The notes below the pieces were generated by a model. It did no database searches. It worked only from the letters and a program-made list of their open reading frames with translations, and was not told the origin of the DNA. The translations under genes were made by a program, and so were the position numbers. Below are positions 1 through 9,966 of a stretch of DNA of 64,000 bases, piece by piece. The DNA is from an uncultured Draconibacterium sp. (GTDB lineage Bacteria; Bacteroidota; Bacteroidia; Bacteroidales; FEN-979), in contig CAZPWZ010000001.1 in assembly GCA_964590675.1 (NCBI GenBank), positions 1,024 to 65,023 on the forward strand. The letters run 5' to 3'. The number at the start of each line of letters is the position of its first letter. Position 1 is the stretch's first letter.

Positions 1-372
1 CAGGAGTACCGCAAAATTGCTGAACAGTTTCCCCGTGAGGTACTGTACCCTGGAAATACGGGTTGTGGCAATGATCTGACCGACGCCGGTATCAACATCC
101 CTTTTTACCGAGTTGGAGACCAGGTAAAATCCAATGAGGGAGAAAAACGGAACGCACATGGCAACCATGCTTCCGATCCATGCTGAGTTATAAAAGCCGC
201 GATAGTTGCCAAGCGACACCATGGTGTAGCCCGCATCCAGGGACGGAACGAATGAATAGATGATGAAGACACAAGCACCTGCTGCAATGAGGAAGTAATA
301 ACTCCGGATCCGCTGCAGGAGATCGGCTTTGGCGATATGAAAGATGCTTGCTCCGGTGTATTCAATGTCCAT
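1..372 (-). CDS. ABC-2-type transporter permease, N-terminal part (CDS runs off the window start)
   Basis: Absent from the ORF track because it is open to position 1. My translation of the minus strand from ATG 372-370 gives MDIEYTGASIFHIAKADLLQRIRSYYFLIAAGACVFIIYSF...SAWIGSMVAMCVPFFSLIGFYLVS, which has hydrophobic helices. The start overlaps the stop of the upstream ABC ATPase by 11 nt. Confidence 0.6.
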   Translation of the reverse strand, partial: MDIEYTGASIFHIAKADLLQRIRSYYFLIAAGACVFIIYSFVPSLDAGYTMVSLGNYRGFYNSAWIGSMVAMCVPFFSLIGFYLVSNSVKRDVDTGVGQIIATTRISRVQYLTGKLFSNFAVLL

Positions 373-1087
373 TGGCACCTCCGTTTTTTGCCGCGGAAAT
401 AACACGCATGTACATGTCTTCAAGCGTCCCTTTTGCGACCGGGAAGGTATGCTCGAGTACCCGGCCCTGGTATACGATGGCAATGTCGCCGGCCACTGTT
501 TCAATGTCGGACACGATGTGGGATGAGAGAATGACGATCCGTTCGCCCGACAGATCGGTCAGGAGGTTCCGGAAGCGGATCCGCTCTTCCGGATCGAGGC
601 CCACAGTAGGCTCATCGAGAATAAGCAGTTTCGGATCGCCGATCAGTACCTGTGCAATGCCGATCCGTTGTTTCATTCCGCCGGAATAGGTCCCGATCGG
701 GCGGTTCCTGACCGCTGTAAGGTTGAGCTCTTCGAGCAGCGCTTCAATCCTTAGTTTAATGCTTTTCCCTGTAAATCCCTTGATGGCAGCGATGTATTCA
801 AGAAATTCAACGGCCGTCAGGTTCGGATACACCCCAAAGTCCTGCGGCAGGTAGCCGAGCACCTTCCGCACGGTGTCGGGATATTTCACAATATCAGTGC
901 CATCGAGGGTGACTTTACCTTCTGTTGGCCTGGAAATGGTTGCCAGGATGCGCATCAGGGTCGATTTGCCGGCACCGTTGGGTCCTATCAGGCCCAGGAT
1001 CCCGTTCTTCAACTCCAGGTTGAAATTTTTCAGCCCGTATTTGTCTCCCCTGTACGTTTTTGTGAGGCCGCTTATCGATATTTCCAT
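362..1087 (-). CDS. ABC transporter ATP-binding protein
   Basis: Walker A GPNGAGKST, ABC signature YSGGMKQR and Walker B LLILDEP are present in the 241-aa ORF. Confidence 0.9.
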   Translation of the reverse strand: MEISISGLTKTYRGDKYGLKNFNLELKNGILGLIGPNGAGKSTLMRILATISRPTEGKVTLDGTDIVKYPDTVRKVLGYLPQDFGVYPNLTAVEFLEYIAAIKGFTGKSIKLRIEALLEELNLTAVRNRPIGTYSGGMKQRIGIAQVLIGDPKLLILDEPTVGLDPEERIRFRNLLTDLSGERIVILSSHIVSDIETVAGDIAIVYQGRVLEHTFPVAKGTLEDMYMRVISAAKNGGANGH

Positions 1088-1285
1088 GTTGTTTTTTATT
1101 ACCGGTATATTGAATCACTGCGGGCTTGTTCCCGGCTGTTAGCCTGGCAAGCGAGCAAAAGTTCAAATTCCGATGGGATATAAAAACCCTTGAGGCTTGC
1201 CGCGAAATTTTTCAGTTTGACGTCGGTGATCATGATCCGTTACAACAACATAATTTAAATTAAGTCTAAATTAGAATTAAATCAA

Positions 1286-1293
1286 TATATTTG
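1286..1293 (+). promoter_or_regulatory. Candidate Bacteroidota-type -7 box (TATATTTG)
   Basis: Matches the TAnnTTTG consensus, about 70 bp upstream of ATG 1367. Confidence 0.3.
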
Positions 1294-1366
1294 CATGGAC
1301 ATTGCGTAAACGACTGTCGTTGTGTTGATTGAAATTTCACAGTCCGAACTTTAAAAACCCAATAAA

Positions 1367-1813
1367 ATGAAAACAGTAAAATTATCGATATTGATGGTGA
1401 TCACCGCGTTATTCCTGACAACCGGCAGTGTTTTTGCGCAGGGCAAAAAAGAGTTCAAAGACGGATCCGTATGGGTGATTAGTTTTATTAAAACAAAAGC
1501 AGGAATGGGCGACGATTACCTGAAAAGTCTTAAATCGACCTGGGTTGCCATTCATGAAGAAGCAGTAAAACAAGGACTGCTGGTCTCATATAAGGTTCTA
1601 TCCGGTAATGCTTCCGGTCCGAATGACTATGATATGATGCTGTTGATGGAATATAAAAACCTTGCCGCTATGGAAGGATCAGATGAAAAATGGGATGCGA
1701 TCAGGACCAAAGTTGTCGGCACCGATGAAGCCATGAAAACCCTGATGCAGAACAGGGTAAGCATGCGTGAACTTTATGGAGAAAGAGTTATGCGTGAAGT
1801 GGTATTCAAATAA
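1367..1813 (+). CDS. Small secreted hypothetical protein
   Basis: N-terminal signal peptide MKTVKLSILMVITALFLTTGSVFAQ. No family recognised. Confidence 0.6.
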   Translation: MKTVKLSILMVITALFLTTGSVFAQGKKEFKDGSVWVISFIKTKAGMGDDYLKSLKSTWVAIHEEAVKQGLLVSYKVLSGNASGPNDYDMMLLMEYKNLAAMEGSDEKWDAIRTKVVGTDEAMKTLMQNRVSMRELYGERVMREVVFK

Positions 1814-1887
1814 TTTCCCGGTTTTTTACTAAAAAAGAGGGTATCCCGTGTGACATTTACCGGGCCAAAAGGATTCTTGTGTTTTGC

Positions 1888-3555
1888 TTATCTGATGCAG
1901 ATCATCTTTATGGATTTCGAAAAATTACCGGCGGTAATCCTGCAGTAATACATTCCGCCCGGCCGTAATGAATTTCCCGGGTTAAAAGGAACGGTATAGG
2001 TGCCGGGTTGCTGGGACTTATCGACCAGGGTTGCGACTTCCCTGCCCGTCATGTCATACACTCTCAATTGAACAGTGCCCTCCTCTCGTAATTTATACCT
2101 GATGGAAGTCCCGGTATAAAAAGGATTCGGATAATTCTGCCCGAGCAGGACAGGTTCCGGGGCCCCTGGTATTTCTTCCACCGGGGTTGCGGAGTGTTTC
2201 ACCGAATAAGAAAAAGCCACTTCGCTATTCATGTGCGAGGCATTTTCCTCACCTGGGAGATAGGTCCGGATATAGTCGACTTTTACAGTTGAATCTGAAA
2301 CAGTTATGGACAGAAAACCCCTGCCCGGAAGGAAACTCCCGTTCACATAGCCGTATTGGGCAGCAGACATGTTTGTGATGTTTCTGTTTGAAGGCTGGGG
2401 TACCTCCTGGTAAACGATCCCGTCTTTATCCTGCTTGCCAAAAAAATGGTCATGCCCGTGAAAGAAGATGGTCACATTGTTCTCCTTCATCAGCTCATGA
2501 ATGGGCTTGCCCCAGCCAGGACGGTTCGCATCGAATCCCCAGGTGGAGTCAGTATTTTTTCCTCCCATTTCAAACAGGTCCGCATACTCTGCTCCTCCGC
2601 GTGCGTCGTTTCCGTTGCCGCCCACCAGGTTATGGCAAAAAACAAACTTGAATTTCGCCTGGCTGCTGGCCAGCGTGTTTTTGAACCAGTTGTACTGAAC
2701 ATCCCCAAGTGTACAGCCCCAGCCTGTTTTCGTTGTTGTATACCAGTACGGATCGAGGACGATGAACAGCGCATCCCCCCATTGCCAGGCATAATAGTTC
2801 TCCCGGAGGCCGACGAAATTTTCACTCTTGGTATTCCCTGAATAAAATGAATCGGGAAACGGATTCGGATAATACAGTTTCCGCGTATTGGCGGCCATCA
2901 CAGGGACACAATTTGCAGTTCCGTCGAGTTTCCAGCCCTGTTCGCCTTCATGATTGCCCATTACCAGGAAAAGCGGAACAGAATGACATACCGCACCAAA
3001 GTAGGGACGATACAGAAGGTGCCTTTTGGTTATTTCGTCTTGCGTTTTAACCTGAAGTTTTTCCGACATGAATGTATCTCCAAGGTCGAACAGGAAGTCG
3101 GGATTTTTTGAACCGACATTTTGAAGGGTTAGCGCATAGGCTGCCGGTATGGAGTTGGTATCAAGATGCGGGTCGGCCGCCACGGCAAACGTGAATGTAC
3201 TTCCTTGGGTACGCTGCGTGCGAAAGGTGTGTTCCGGGCCTGATAAAAAAAGTCCGGGAGTGGCCTGGGCCCGGTATCTTGTCCTGTAGTAATAGACCGT
3301 GTTTGGCTGTAAGCCCGTGAACGTAACTTCAAGTGCTGAATCAACTGATGATGGAAAAGTCGGGGTATTTGAGGTGTAGGACCCGCTTGAGGTGCCATAT
3401 TCCCAGTATACATCCGTTTCCTGATCAAAAAGGATGCTCATGGTAATGGAGGAACTTTCGGGCCGGCCTAAAATTTCCGTAAAAGACTGCGCAGATAATG
3501 AACTACTTAAAAGGATTAAAATGAACATTAATGCTGGTACTGAATTAAATCGCAT
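1888..3555 (-). CDS. Secreted calcineurin-like/purple-acid-phosphatase-like metallophosphoesterase with T9SS C-terminal domain
   Basis: Signal peptide, metallophosphatase motifs (GDTF, GNHE, HGHDH), and a C-terminal LGQNYPNPF...MICIR sorting domain. Confidence 0.75.
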   Translation of the reverse strand: MRFNSVPALMFILILLSSSLSAQSFTEILGRPESSSITMSILFDQETDVYWEYGTSSGSYTSNTPTFPSSVDSALEVTFTGLQPNTVYYYRTRYRAQATPGLFLSGPEHTFRTQRTQGSTFTFAVAADPHLDTNSIPAAYALTLQNVGSKNPDFLFDLGDTFMSEKLQVKTQDEITKRHLLYRPYFGAVCHSVPLFLVMGNHEGEQGWKLDGTANCVPVMAANTRKLYYPNPFPDSFYSGNTKSENFVGLRENYYAWQWGDALFIVLDPYWYTTTKTGWGCTLGDVQYNWFKNTLASSQAKFKFVFCHNLVGGNGNDARGGAEYADLFEMGGKNTDSTWGFDANRPGWGKPIHELMKENNVTIFFHGHDHFFGKQDKDGIVYQEVPQPSNRNITNMSAAQYGYVNGSFLPGRGFLSITVSDSTVKVDYIRTYLPGEENASHMNSEVAFSYSVKHSATPVEEIPGAPEPVLLGQNYPNPFYTGTSIRYKLREEGTVQLRVYDMTGREVATLVDKSQQPGTYTVPFNPGNSLRPGGMYYCRITAGNFSKSIKMICIR

Positions 3556-3653
3556 GGTAGAAAGATTGGCGTGAATTGATTTTCCTGTCCGGGATAATTT
3601 ATGCTGACCAGTTTATTCCTGGTTCTGGAGAAGACGGATCCGATTTCCTTTAT

Positions 3654-5330
3654 TTATTGTTTAATTATTTTAATTGTCTGTCCTGAATTTTCGTTTTTTA
3701 TTCTCAGGAAATACAAACCAGTTGCCAGATACGAAAAATCCTGCTGTTCAATAAGTTTCCCTGACCAGATGGTTTGCCCCAGTTTATTTATCAGTTCAAA
3801 GCGCTCCGTCCCGTCCAGGTTTTTCAACCTGATTTTATTTGTAAACGGGTTTGGATAACTCTGTACCGTGGCCGATTTGATGAACTGATCATCATTGCCA
3901 ACCGGAAAAAGTTCGATGACCGCACCCGGCGTCAAATCTTTTCCGACAAATGCCGGATAATCCGGGGAATATCTGTATACCCTGAATACGGAATTCATTG
4001 TTTCATCGGGCCTCACCGGGTTCACCGGTATCTGGTTCCCCTGCGTCATGGGACCGTTGTCATCAACAGGACAAATGTATTTCCAAACAATCTGCCCGGC
4101 CGGGGTAACTTCTGTAAAATCGCCATGCCCACCTTCGTCGATCAGCGTATTCCCATTTGGCTGCCGCTGTGCCCCTGAAATATTTTCCGAGTAGAGCGAT
4201 TCGGGAGGAGTTGCCGTATAGCTCCAGGTAAAATTGACGGGACCGTAAGCAGAACCTGTTGTCAGTGCATAGTTGCCGGTTGCATCAACGGGGGGTGTAA
4301 TCTCATCTACTGTCGAGTATGGCGGAGTGCGGCCAAGGCCATTATTGTAACAGGTTAAATTCCCGGCACCGGGGCAGCCTGGTTTAACCCATTCAACATC
4401 ATGCTGTTCAAAATACTTCCTGTTATTCAGTGTTCCTGCTCCATAGGTTAAAGGATTTCCCCACCGGTAAAGAAGGTCCCCGCCCTTGCCGAAGGTTCCC
4501 CCGGTATGACCGGCTGCCTGCGAGGTTGTTGTGCTGTGATCGATGATCCAAACCTCACTGTTGCCTCTTACGCTCAGCGCTATCTGATCAAAAGCGGGAT
4601 TGTAATCAATGCTGTTCATGTGATTCCAGAAAAGCGGGAGTATCCTGTGATCGCCATCGGCATCAATTAATTCGGGATGCGCGCTGACCACGCCAAAATT
4701 TGCTTTTGCGGAGCTGTAATCCTGTATCAGGTGATCCCAGACGTGCCATTCCCAAACTACTATTCCTCCAACAGGCGGTGTAGGCTGTATTTCAACTATG
4801 TAATCGGGCAGCATATAACCCTTTTGCTGAATTTCGGGATTCAGTTTTGAAGGATCAAACCCTGCCGCAAGAACTTCAGCATAGGTTTTTTTCTCAACGA
4901 CCAGCATGATGATATTCCCGTTGGGCAGCATTTTAATGTCGTGGTGCTGCATGTATGTTGGGGTTGAAAAATCCAGCTCCCATACCAGGTTGTCCTCCCA
5001 GTCATACTCCTCCACTCTTCCGCCCTCACCGCCACCGGTGCCCAGTTGTCCCGGGGTCATGCATGCCCGGAGCAAATTTCCGTTCTCCAGGAGGTAAACA
5101 GCCTGTCCCGGGGGATAGGTGCTTGCATTCCACTCATGAACCTTCCGGCCTTGATTGTCGATCAGATAGGTCATCGTATTTTGTTTAGGCGCAAACAAGG
5201 TGTAACCTTTAAATGAATTCAGCGTGTCGTTGATAAACAAACCCATTGTGATTGTCTGTGTGATTGTCTGCCCGAAGACAGCGACCAGTGGCAGGAGAAT
5301 CAGGGCAATTATGGATATTCTCTTTTGCAT
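3654..5330 (-). CDS. Arylsulfotransferase (ASST)-like beta-propeller protein with T9SS C-terminal domain
   Basis: Signal peptide. Motifs HHDIKMLPNGN, WHVWDHLIQD, HMNSIDYN and IIDHSTTT are typical of ASST-family proteins. SYPNPFTNKIRL tail. Paralog of 7664..9583. Confidence 0.65.
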   Translation of the reverse strand: MQKRISIIALILLPLVAVFGQTITQTITMGLFINDTLNSFKGYTLFAPKQNTMTYLIDNQGRKVHEWNASTYPPGQAVYLLENGNLLRACMTPGQLGTGGGEGGRVEEYDWEDNLVWELDFSTPTYMQHHDIKMLPNGNIIMLVVEKKTYAEVLAAGFDPSKLNPEIQQKGYMLPDYIVEIQPTPPVGGIVVWEWHVWDHLIQDYSSAKANFGVVSAHPELIDADGDHRILPLFWNHMNSIDYNPAFDQIALSVRGNSEVWIIDHSTTTSQAAGHTGGTFGKGGDLLYRWGNPLTYGAGTLNNRKYFEQHDVEWVKPGCPGAGNLTCYNNGLGRTPPYSTVDEITPPVDATGNYALTTGSAYGPVNFTWSYTATPPESLYSENISGAQRQPNGNTLIDEGGHGDFTEVTPAGQIVWKYICPVDDNGPMTQGNQIPVNPVRPDETMNSVFRVYRYSPDYPAFVGKDLTPGAVIELFPVGNDDQFIKSATVQSYPNPFTNKIRLKNLDGTERFELINKLGQTIWSGKLIEQQDFSYLATGLYFLRIKNENSGQTIKIIKQ

Positions 5331-5355
5331 GGTTTTAGTCGGTTTTAGAATTGAA

Positions 5356-7617
5356 TTACTTTAACAGGATCATTTTCTTTACACTAACCCGGTTATCCAG
5401 CTGAAGTTTGCACAAGTAAACTCCGCAAGGAAAAGATTCAGCGTTCCAGGTTAACTCATGCCATCCACCCGGGAGTTTGTCACCGGATAACGTTGCCACG
5501 CAAACGCCAAATGCATTATATACTTTCAGGGATATTAATCCTTCGCGGGGAATATTAAACCTGATGGTTGTTGCGTTTTTAAACGGGTTGGGATAGTTCT
5601 GTTTTAACTGCATATCGCCCGGAACAGATCCCATGCCGTCATCCAACCCGGTAGAAAATTCTGCATATTTTCTTACAACACGGAAACCCACGTGATACCA
5701 GGGATGGTTCGGATCGAGCGGCCCGCGAAAATAGGAGGGATCGCGGTTGCTTACCCTTGAATGACCATCGTTTACATTGTTTGAGTCTATGCCGTTATAC
5801 CAGTTTCCACCTCGCATCGACCTGTAAGGTTTCCCGTCGGGCATGACTGAACCCGCATCTGGACCCTTCGGGTTGTCAAAGGGACTGACACTGTAATAGT
5901 TAGTGCCATACCAGTCCCAGATGAATTCCCACACATTTCCCTGTATGTCATACAATCCATACCCGTTGGCGCCATCTGAGGTCTGGTATGAAGTCGCACT
6001 GCCGGGCCAGTTAAAATCTGATTTATTTTTCAATGACCCATCGTAGAAACCCACAGGAGTGGTCAAAGGCAAAGAGCCTGTTTCATAAGGATCGCCGGAG
6101 TTCGGCAGGTTTGCCTGGTTGATGTCGACGGTATTCCCGTTCGGGTATTTCAGATAGGGATTCAAATGCCCTCCCCTTCCAGCATATTCCCATTCTGCTT
6201 CAGTTGCGAGGCGGTAACCTCCCTTTGTCAAATCGCCTATCCAGGCGGTGAGGTTAAAACATTCATCCAGCCCGTTCTGACGGCTCAGCCAGTTGCAGAA
6301 AACCAGGGCGCCGCGCCCCCTCCCCCCGACTACCGGATGGTTCGCCCTGAAGTCGGCCATTGAAAACACATTCCCGTCGTACCCGATACTGTAATAGGGT
6401 GCATACTGGCTGGTATAGTACAATGTATTTGTATCTCCGGAGAGGTGGACCTTGTTGTTATTCACCTGTATTGTTCCGTCAAGCAGTGATGCATTCAGAA
6501 AGGCCAGGAAATGGTCGTTGGTAATTTCCGTTTTCGACATATAAATGGAATCGACCTTTACCGGGTGAACAGGTATTTCATCATTGGGGTGACTCGGGTC
6601 ATAATGGCCATGATGATCTCCCATTTCATACTCACCGCCTGGGATGGTGACATCAGTAAAATTCAGGTTTTTATTGTCGGTTCCACCCCTGACCAGCAGG
6701 ACATTTTCTTTGTTGGTTTTTGGATTATATGAAACAATCCCGTAATCGACATTTATAGCCCAGGCTTTTGTATCCGTTTGAAACATGGTGGTCGAGGACC
6801 AGAAATTTCCTGACAAAACACCTGGAAAAAAGACTTTGTTGAATGATGGTTTGAATAAACCTGCATCATTTAATGACTGAATTTCCTTGACATTTGGCAA
6901 CCTCCAGTCTGATTTACCAGCCAGGCTGACAGTATGGCTGTATGCCAGCGCCTCATCCCAGGTCATCAAATCAGGACTTTGATTTTTTTGCCAGGTCAGC
7001 CCGGTAAAGTTGTCGGAAATGGTTCCGTCTCCATTGTCGGTAAAGTGTGAAAGTGTAAATGAAGTGGTTACAATATTTCTCACGGCCCTTACATGAAAAC
7101 GCTTGGTCCCCCCGGCACTGATGGTCTCTGTTTTCGGGTGCGCCCCTATCCCTCCTCCCGCATTCACCACCCACACTTTTGTTGGATCATCTGCCTGCCT
7201 TTCGCTTGTCCACCAGTATTCTGCCTGGGTTAACGTAAAAAACACTGTATTCAGAGCCGGGTTAAGGTGGTTGTAATTATTGATGCTGAACAACTCGATC
7301 CCGGTCGGGAGCCTCCAGTCGCTGTAACCTGCAAGTGTCAGGCTGTTGCAATAACTCCCGGCATTTTCAACGGTCATTTCACCCCCGTCGGTTTTTTGCC
7401 ACATCAGCAGGGTATTGTTGTCGGTGATGGTTCCATCCCCGTTGTCGGTAAATGACTGGGGATTGATGAAGAAATCGCAATCCTCTCCCGGTGTAGAGCT
7501 ATAACTTATCGTCTGTCCTGTTTCTTCGAGTTTGAACGGAATGAGCTTCTGTCCAAATGATGGATGAACCGACGAAGCAGCTAAAAGAATGATAAAGTAT
7601 ATTCTTATATTTTTCAT
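5356..7617 (-). CDS. Secreted DUF1566 (Lcl-like) x2 plus FGE-sulfatase (SUMF1-like) domain protein with T9SS C-terminal domain
   Basis: DWRLPTGIEL and DWRLPNVKEI (DUF1566), RLATEAEWEYAGRGG ... GGNWY ... GFRVVRK (FGE-sulfatase fold), and an NYPNPFKNATTIRF tail. Confidence 0.65.
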   Translation of the reverse strand: MKNIRIYFIILLAASSVHPSFGQKLIPFKLEETGQTISYSSTPGEDCDFFINPQSFTDNGDGTITDNNTLLMWQKTDGGEMTVENAGSYCNSLTLAGYSDWRLPTGIELFSINNYNHLNPALNTVFFTLTQAEYWWTSERQADDPTKVWVVNAGGGIGAHPKTETISAGGTKRFHVRAVRNIVTTSFTLSHFTDNGDGTISDNFTGLTWQKNQSPDLMTWDEALAYSHTVSLAGKSDWRLPNVKEIQSLNDAGLFKPSFNKVFFPGVLSGNFWSSTTMFQTDTKAWAINVDYGIVSYNPKTNKENVLLVRGGTDNKNLNFTDVTIPGGEYEMGDHHGHYDPSHPNDEIPVHPVKVDSIYMSKTEITNDHFLAFLNASLLDGTIQVNNNKVHLSGDTNTLYYTSQYAPYYSIGYDGNVFSMADFRANHPVVGGRGRGALVFCNWLSRQNGLDECFNLTAWIGDLTKGGYRLATEAEWEYAGRGGHLNPYLKYPNGNTVDINQANLPNSGDPYETGSLPLTTPVGFYDGSLKNKSDFNWPGSATSYQTSDGANGYGLYDIQGNVWEFIWDWYGTNYYSVSPFDNPKGPDAGSVMPDGKPYRSMRGGNWYNGIDSNNVNDGHSRVSNRDPSYFRGPLDPNHPWYHVGFRVVRKYAEFSTGLDDGMGSVPGDMQLKQNYPNPFKNATTIRFNIPREGLISLKVYNAFGVCVATLSGDKLPGGWHELTWNAESFPCGVYLCKLQLDNRVSVKKMILLK

Positions 7618-7663
7618 TGCAGTAATTCCCTATTTTTCAGATTTCATCCTTTCCGTTGTCTGG

Positions 7664-9583
7664 TTATTGGCAGTAAATCATTTTTTTACTGAGTTGCTTA
7701 TCATCCGCCTTCAGAATATAAATATACATGCCGCTTTGAACTTGCGATCCCTGGTCATTTTTACCATTCCAGTTCCGGGAATATTTCCCAGTGGAACAAT
7801 GTTGATGTACCAGTGATTTCACCTGTTTTCCTGAAAGATCGTAAATGATAAGGGTTATCAGTGCCGGTTCGGCAATCTCGAATTCAATGGTCGTGCTATA
7901 ATTGAAAGGATTTGGAAAATTCTGGTCCAGGATGTTTCCCTGTCCGGAATTTACACCACTTTCAATCACATCCGTGATAGAACCCGGAGTCCAGTAGTTG
8001 GGAGGCTCGCCTGTCATGGTCGCTCCGGGTGTAAGGTCATGGCCCAACAATCCGGGATCGGCAGATGCATAACGATAGGCTCTGAAAACCCCGTTATATG
8101 TAGGATAATTATCAACTTTTATCTTCTTTATTCCATCCCTGGTCATGGGATTTGTATATTCCCACACTACGGATGTGTCGGAAGGATGGACTTCGAAAAT
8201 ATGCCCGTCATTCATGGCGCATACGAGGGTGTTCCCATTTGGTAACCGCTGGGCGCTGGAGCCGATGGTACTGTAAAATGAAGTATTGTTTTTGCTCGAA
8301 TATTTCCAGACGATCTGTTTCGAAACTTTTTTGTTTTCCTTCATCAGGTTAGGATCGGGAGACCCTTCAATTGTATAGCCGGCATCGGGAGGATTTACAA
8401 ACTGACCGGTGTTGACCCCGGAACCATTCAGATAAGGGTTGATCTCCATGATGTATGACTGCGGGGTAAGTTCAAAAAGGTTCTGGGCATTATTAAATAC
8501 CAGGAAATTTCCTTCACCCGGCAGCCCGGGCTTAATCCACTGGATATCGTGGGAGCCTCCGAGCTGTTTATTCCCGGCCGTTGCTTTTTCCCAGTTATCC
8601 AGCACACTTGGTGGGTCTCCCTGATCATACTTGGCCGGATCACCGAACCTGTATTTAAAATCACCAGCCGCACCGGCTGCCAGTGCGATACTGTTTGCCG
8701 GCTGGTTAGGAATAAATGTATTGCCGTGATCAATGACGTAAAATTCGCCATGTACGGAGTTTATGACAATCAAGTCAAGACTCTCATTATAATCCAGGGA
8801 GTTGCAATGCAGCCAGTCACTTTTTACATGATTACCCCTGATATTCAGGTCGATCCTGCCAGGTGTATTCGCGATGATGCCATAGGTGGGTTTTGACGGA
8901 AACATATCCTGCACCACGTGGTCAAAAAACCACCATTCCCAGATTACAGTCCCCTGCCTGTTCACCTCCACGATGGCATCCATCTGTGAACCCGTATAAT
9001 TATACTGGGGGTCGCATCCTGCGTCGAGACATTGCTGGGCAGTTAAATCTTTGTTTGCAATATAAAGAAATGTCGAGTCGCCAAGTTTAGGGTTGTATAT
9101 CTTGATAAAATCGTGATGCCCGTGGTAATTGCTGCGGGTCTCGGTATACTGCCATACCGTGTTGCCAGTCCAGTCAAGTTCCTTCCAGGTATTCTGGTTG
9201 CTGGGATTACCCCCGACGGCATCAAGGAGCACCCCATCCCCGGTAAACCTGGGGTTCGTTCCAATGTTCCAGGTATGGATCACATGTCCTTCAAAATCTA
9301 TTAAATAGGTGACTCCCCTGGTGCCGAACAGGGTATATCCGGCATAGGTTTTTGAATTATCCCAATACCTTGTTTCCGTTTTGACCATGAAACTCTCCTG
9401 GGCAAATAATGACATTGAATAAATGAGCAAAGCCGATAAAAACAGTATTCTTTTCATTACGGTTGATTTTATGTTATACACTTCCAGGAGTTTTCTCCCT
9501 GATCCGGGGTTAAGATTTTCTATTATCTCAATTTTTAGGATGTTTTTTGTCATCTGGCTTTTTCGGCCGGGAAGCTTTTTCAA
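7664..9583 (-). CDS. Arylsulfotransferase (ASST)-like beta-propeller protein with T9SS C-terminal domain (probable start ATG 9457)
   Basis: The signal peptide MKRILFLSALLIYSMSLFAQ begins at codon 43 of the ORF. Motifs HHDFIKIYN, WWFFDHVVQD, HCNSLDYN and VIDHGNTF are present, plus an NFPNPFNYSTTIEF tail. Confidence 0.65.
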   Translation of the reverse strand: MKKLPGRKSQMTKNILKIEIIENLNPGSGRKLLEVYNIKSTVMKRILFLSALLIYSMSLFAQESFMVKTETRYWDNSKTYAGYTLFGTRGVTYLIDFEGHVIHTWNIGTNPRFTGDGVLLDAVGGNPSNQNTWKELDWTGNTVWQYTETRSNYHGHHDFIKIYNPKLGDSTFLYIANKDLTAQQCLDAGCDPQYNYTGSQMDAIVEVNRQGTVIWEWWFFDHVVQDMFPSKPTYGIIANTPGRIDLNIRGNHVKSDWLHCNSLDYNESLDLIVINSVHGEFYVIDHGNTFIPNQPANSIALAAGAAGDFKYRFGDPAKYDQGDPPSVLDNWEKATAGNKQLGGSHDIQWIKPGLPGEGNFLVFNNAQNLFELTPQSYIMEINPYLNGSGVNTGQFVNPPDAGYTIEGSPDPNLMKENKKVSKQIVWKYSSKNNTSFYSTIGSSAQRLPNGNTLVCAMNDGHIFEVHPSDTSVVWEYTNPMTRDGIKKIKVDNYPTYNGVFRAYRYASADPGLLGHDLTPGATMTGEPPNYWTPGSITDVIESGVNSGQGNILDQNFPNPFNYSTTIEFEIAEPALITLIIYDLSGKQVKSLVHQHCSTGKYSRNWNGKNDQGSQVQSGMYIYILKADDKQLSKKMIYCQ

Positions 9584-9790
9584 GCTCCTGGTATTTCACA
9601 AACTGGTCTTTGGATAAAACCGACCTGATCTTCTCATCCCTTGAGTTTTCATAATTCCCTGTTTTTAGTTAATAGATCTGATTTTCTGTTTAAACTGCAG
9701 GGTAGAAGTGTTGCATGCTCGGTTTGTTTTGTTCTTTTGGATTACCAGGATTTTAAGCAAACATACTTCGAAAATAATGGGTAAATAAAA

Positions 9791-9850
9791 GAAATCAATG
9801 AAACGACGGTTTGACAAATTGGATCAAGGAATTTTATCAGTGAATGAACA
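9791..9850. promoter_or_regulatory. Repeat motifs shared with the LytS/LytTR operon upstream region (candidate LytTR operator)
   Basis: GAAACGACGGTTTGACAAATTGG (9800-9822) and TTTTATCAGTGAATGAA (9832-9848) resemble the tandem units at 11931-11984. Confidence 0.35.
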
Positions 9851-9966
9851 TATCAAGTAAAAAGGTGAATTAACCAGATTGCATATGAAACCTGCATCCG
9901 CGCCGATATGTTTAACGGGTGGCAAGAATTACCTGGTTGATGAAATATGAATTTTTCAGGGATGGA

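Noticed and set aside
105-365. 86-aa minus-strand ORF at the window start.
   Set aside because: A different minus-strand frame, open to position 1 and starting at ATG 372, encodes a plausible ABC-2 permease coupled to the ATPase. The listed ORF is an out-of-frame shadow.
348-1166. Plus-strand and alternative-frame ORFs overlapping the ABC ATPase gene (348..689, 344..526, 873..1142, 915..1166).
   Set aside because: They are antisense or out of frame relative to a CDS with complete Walker A, signature and Walker B motifs.
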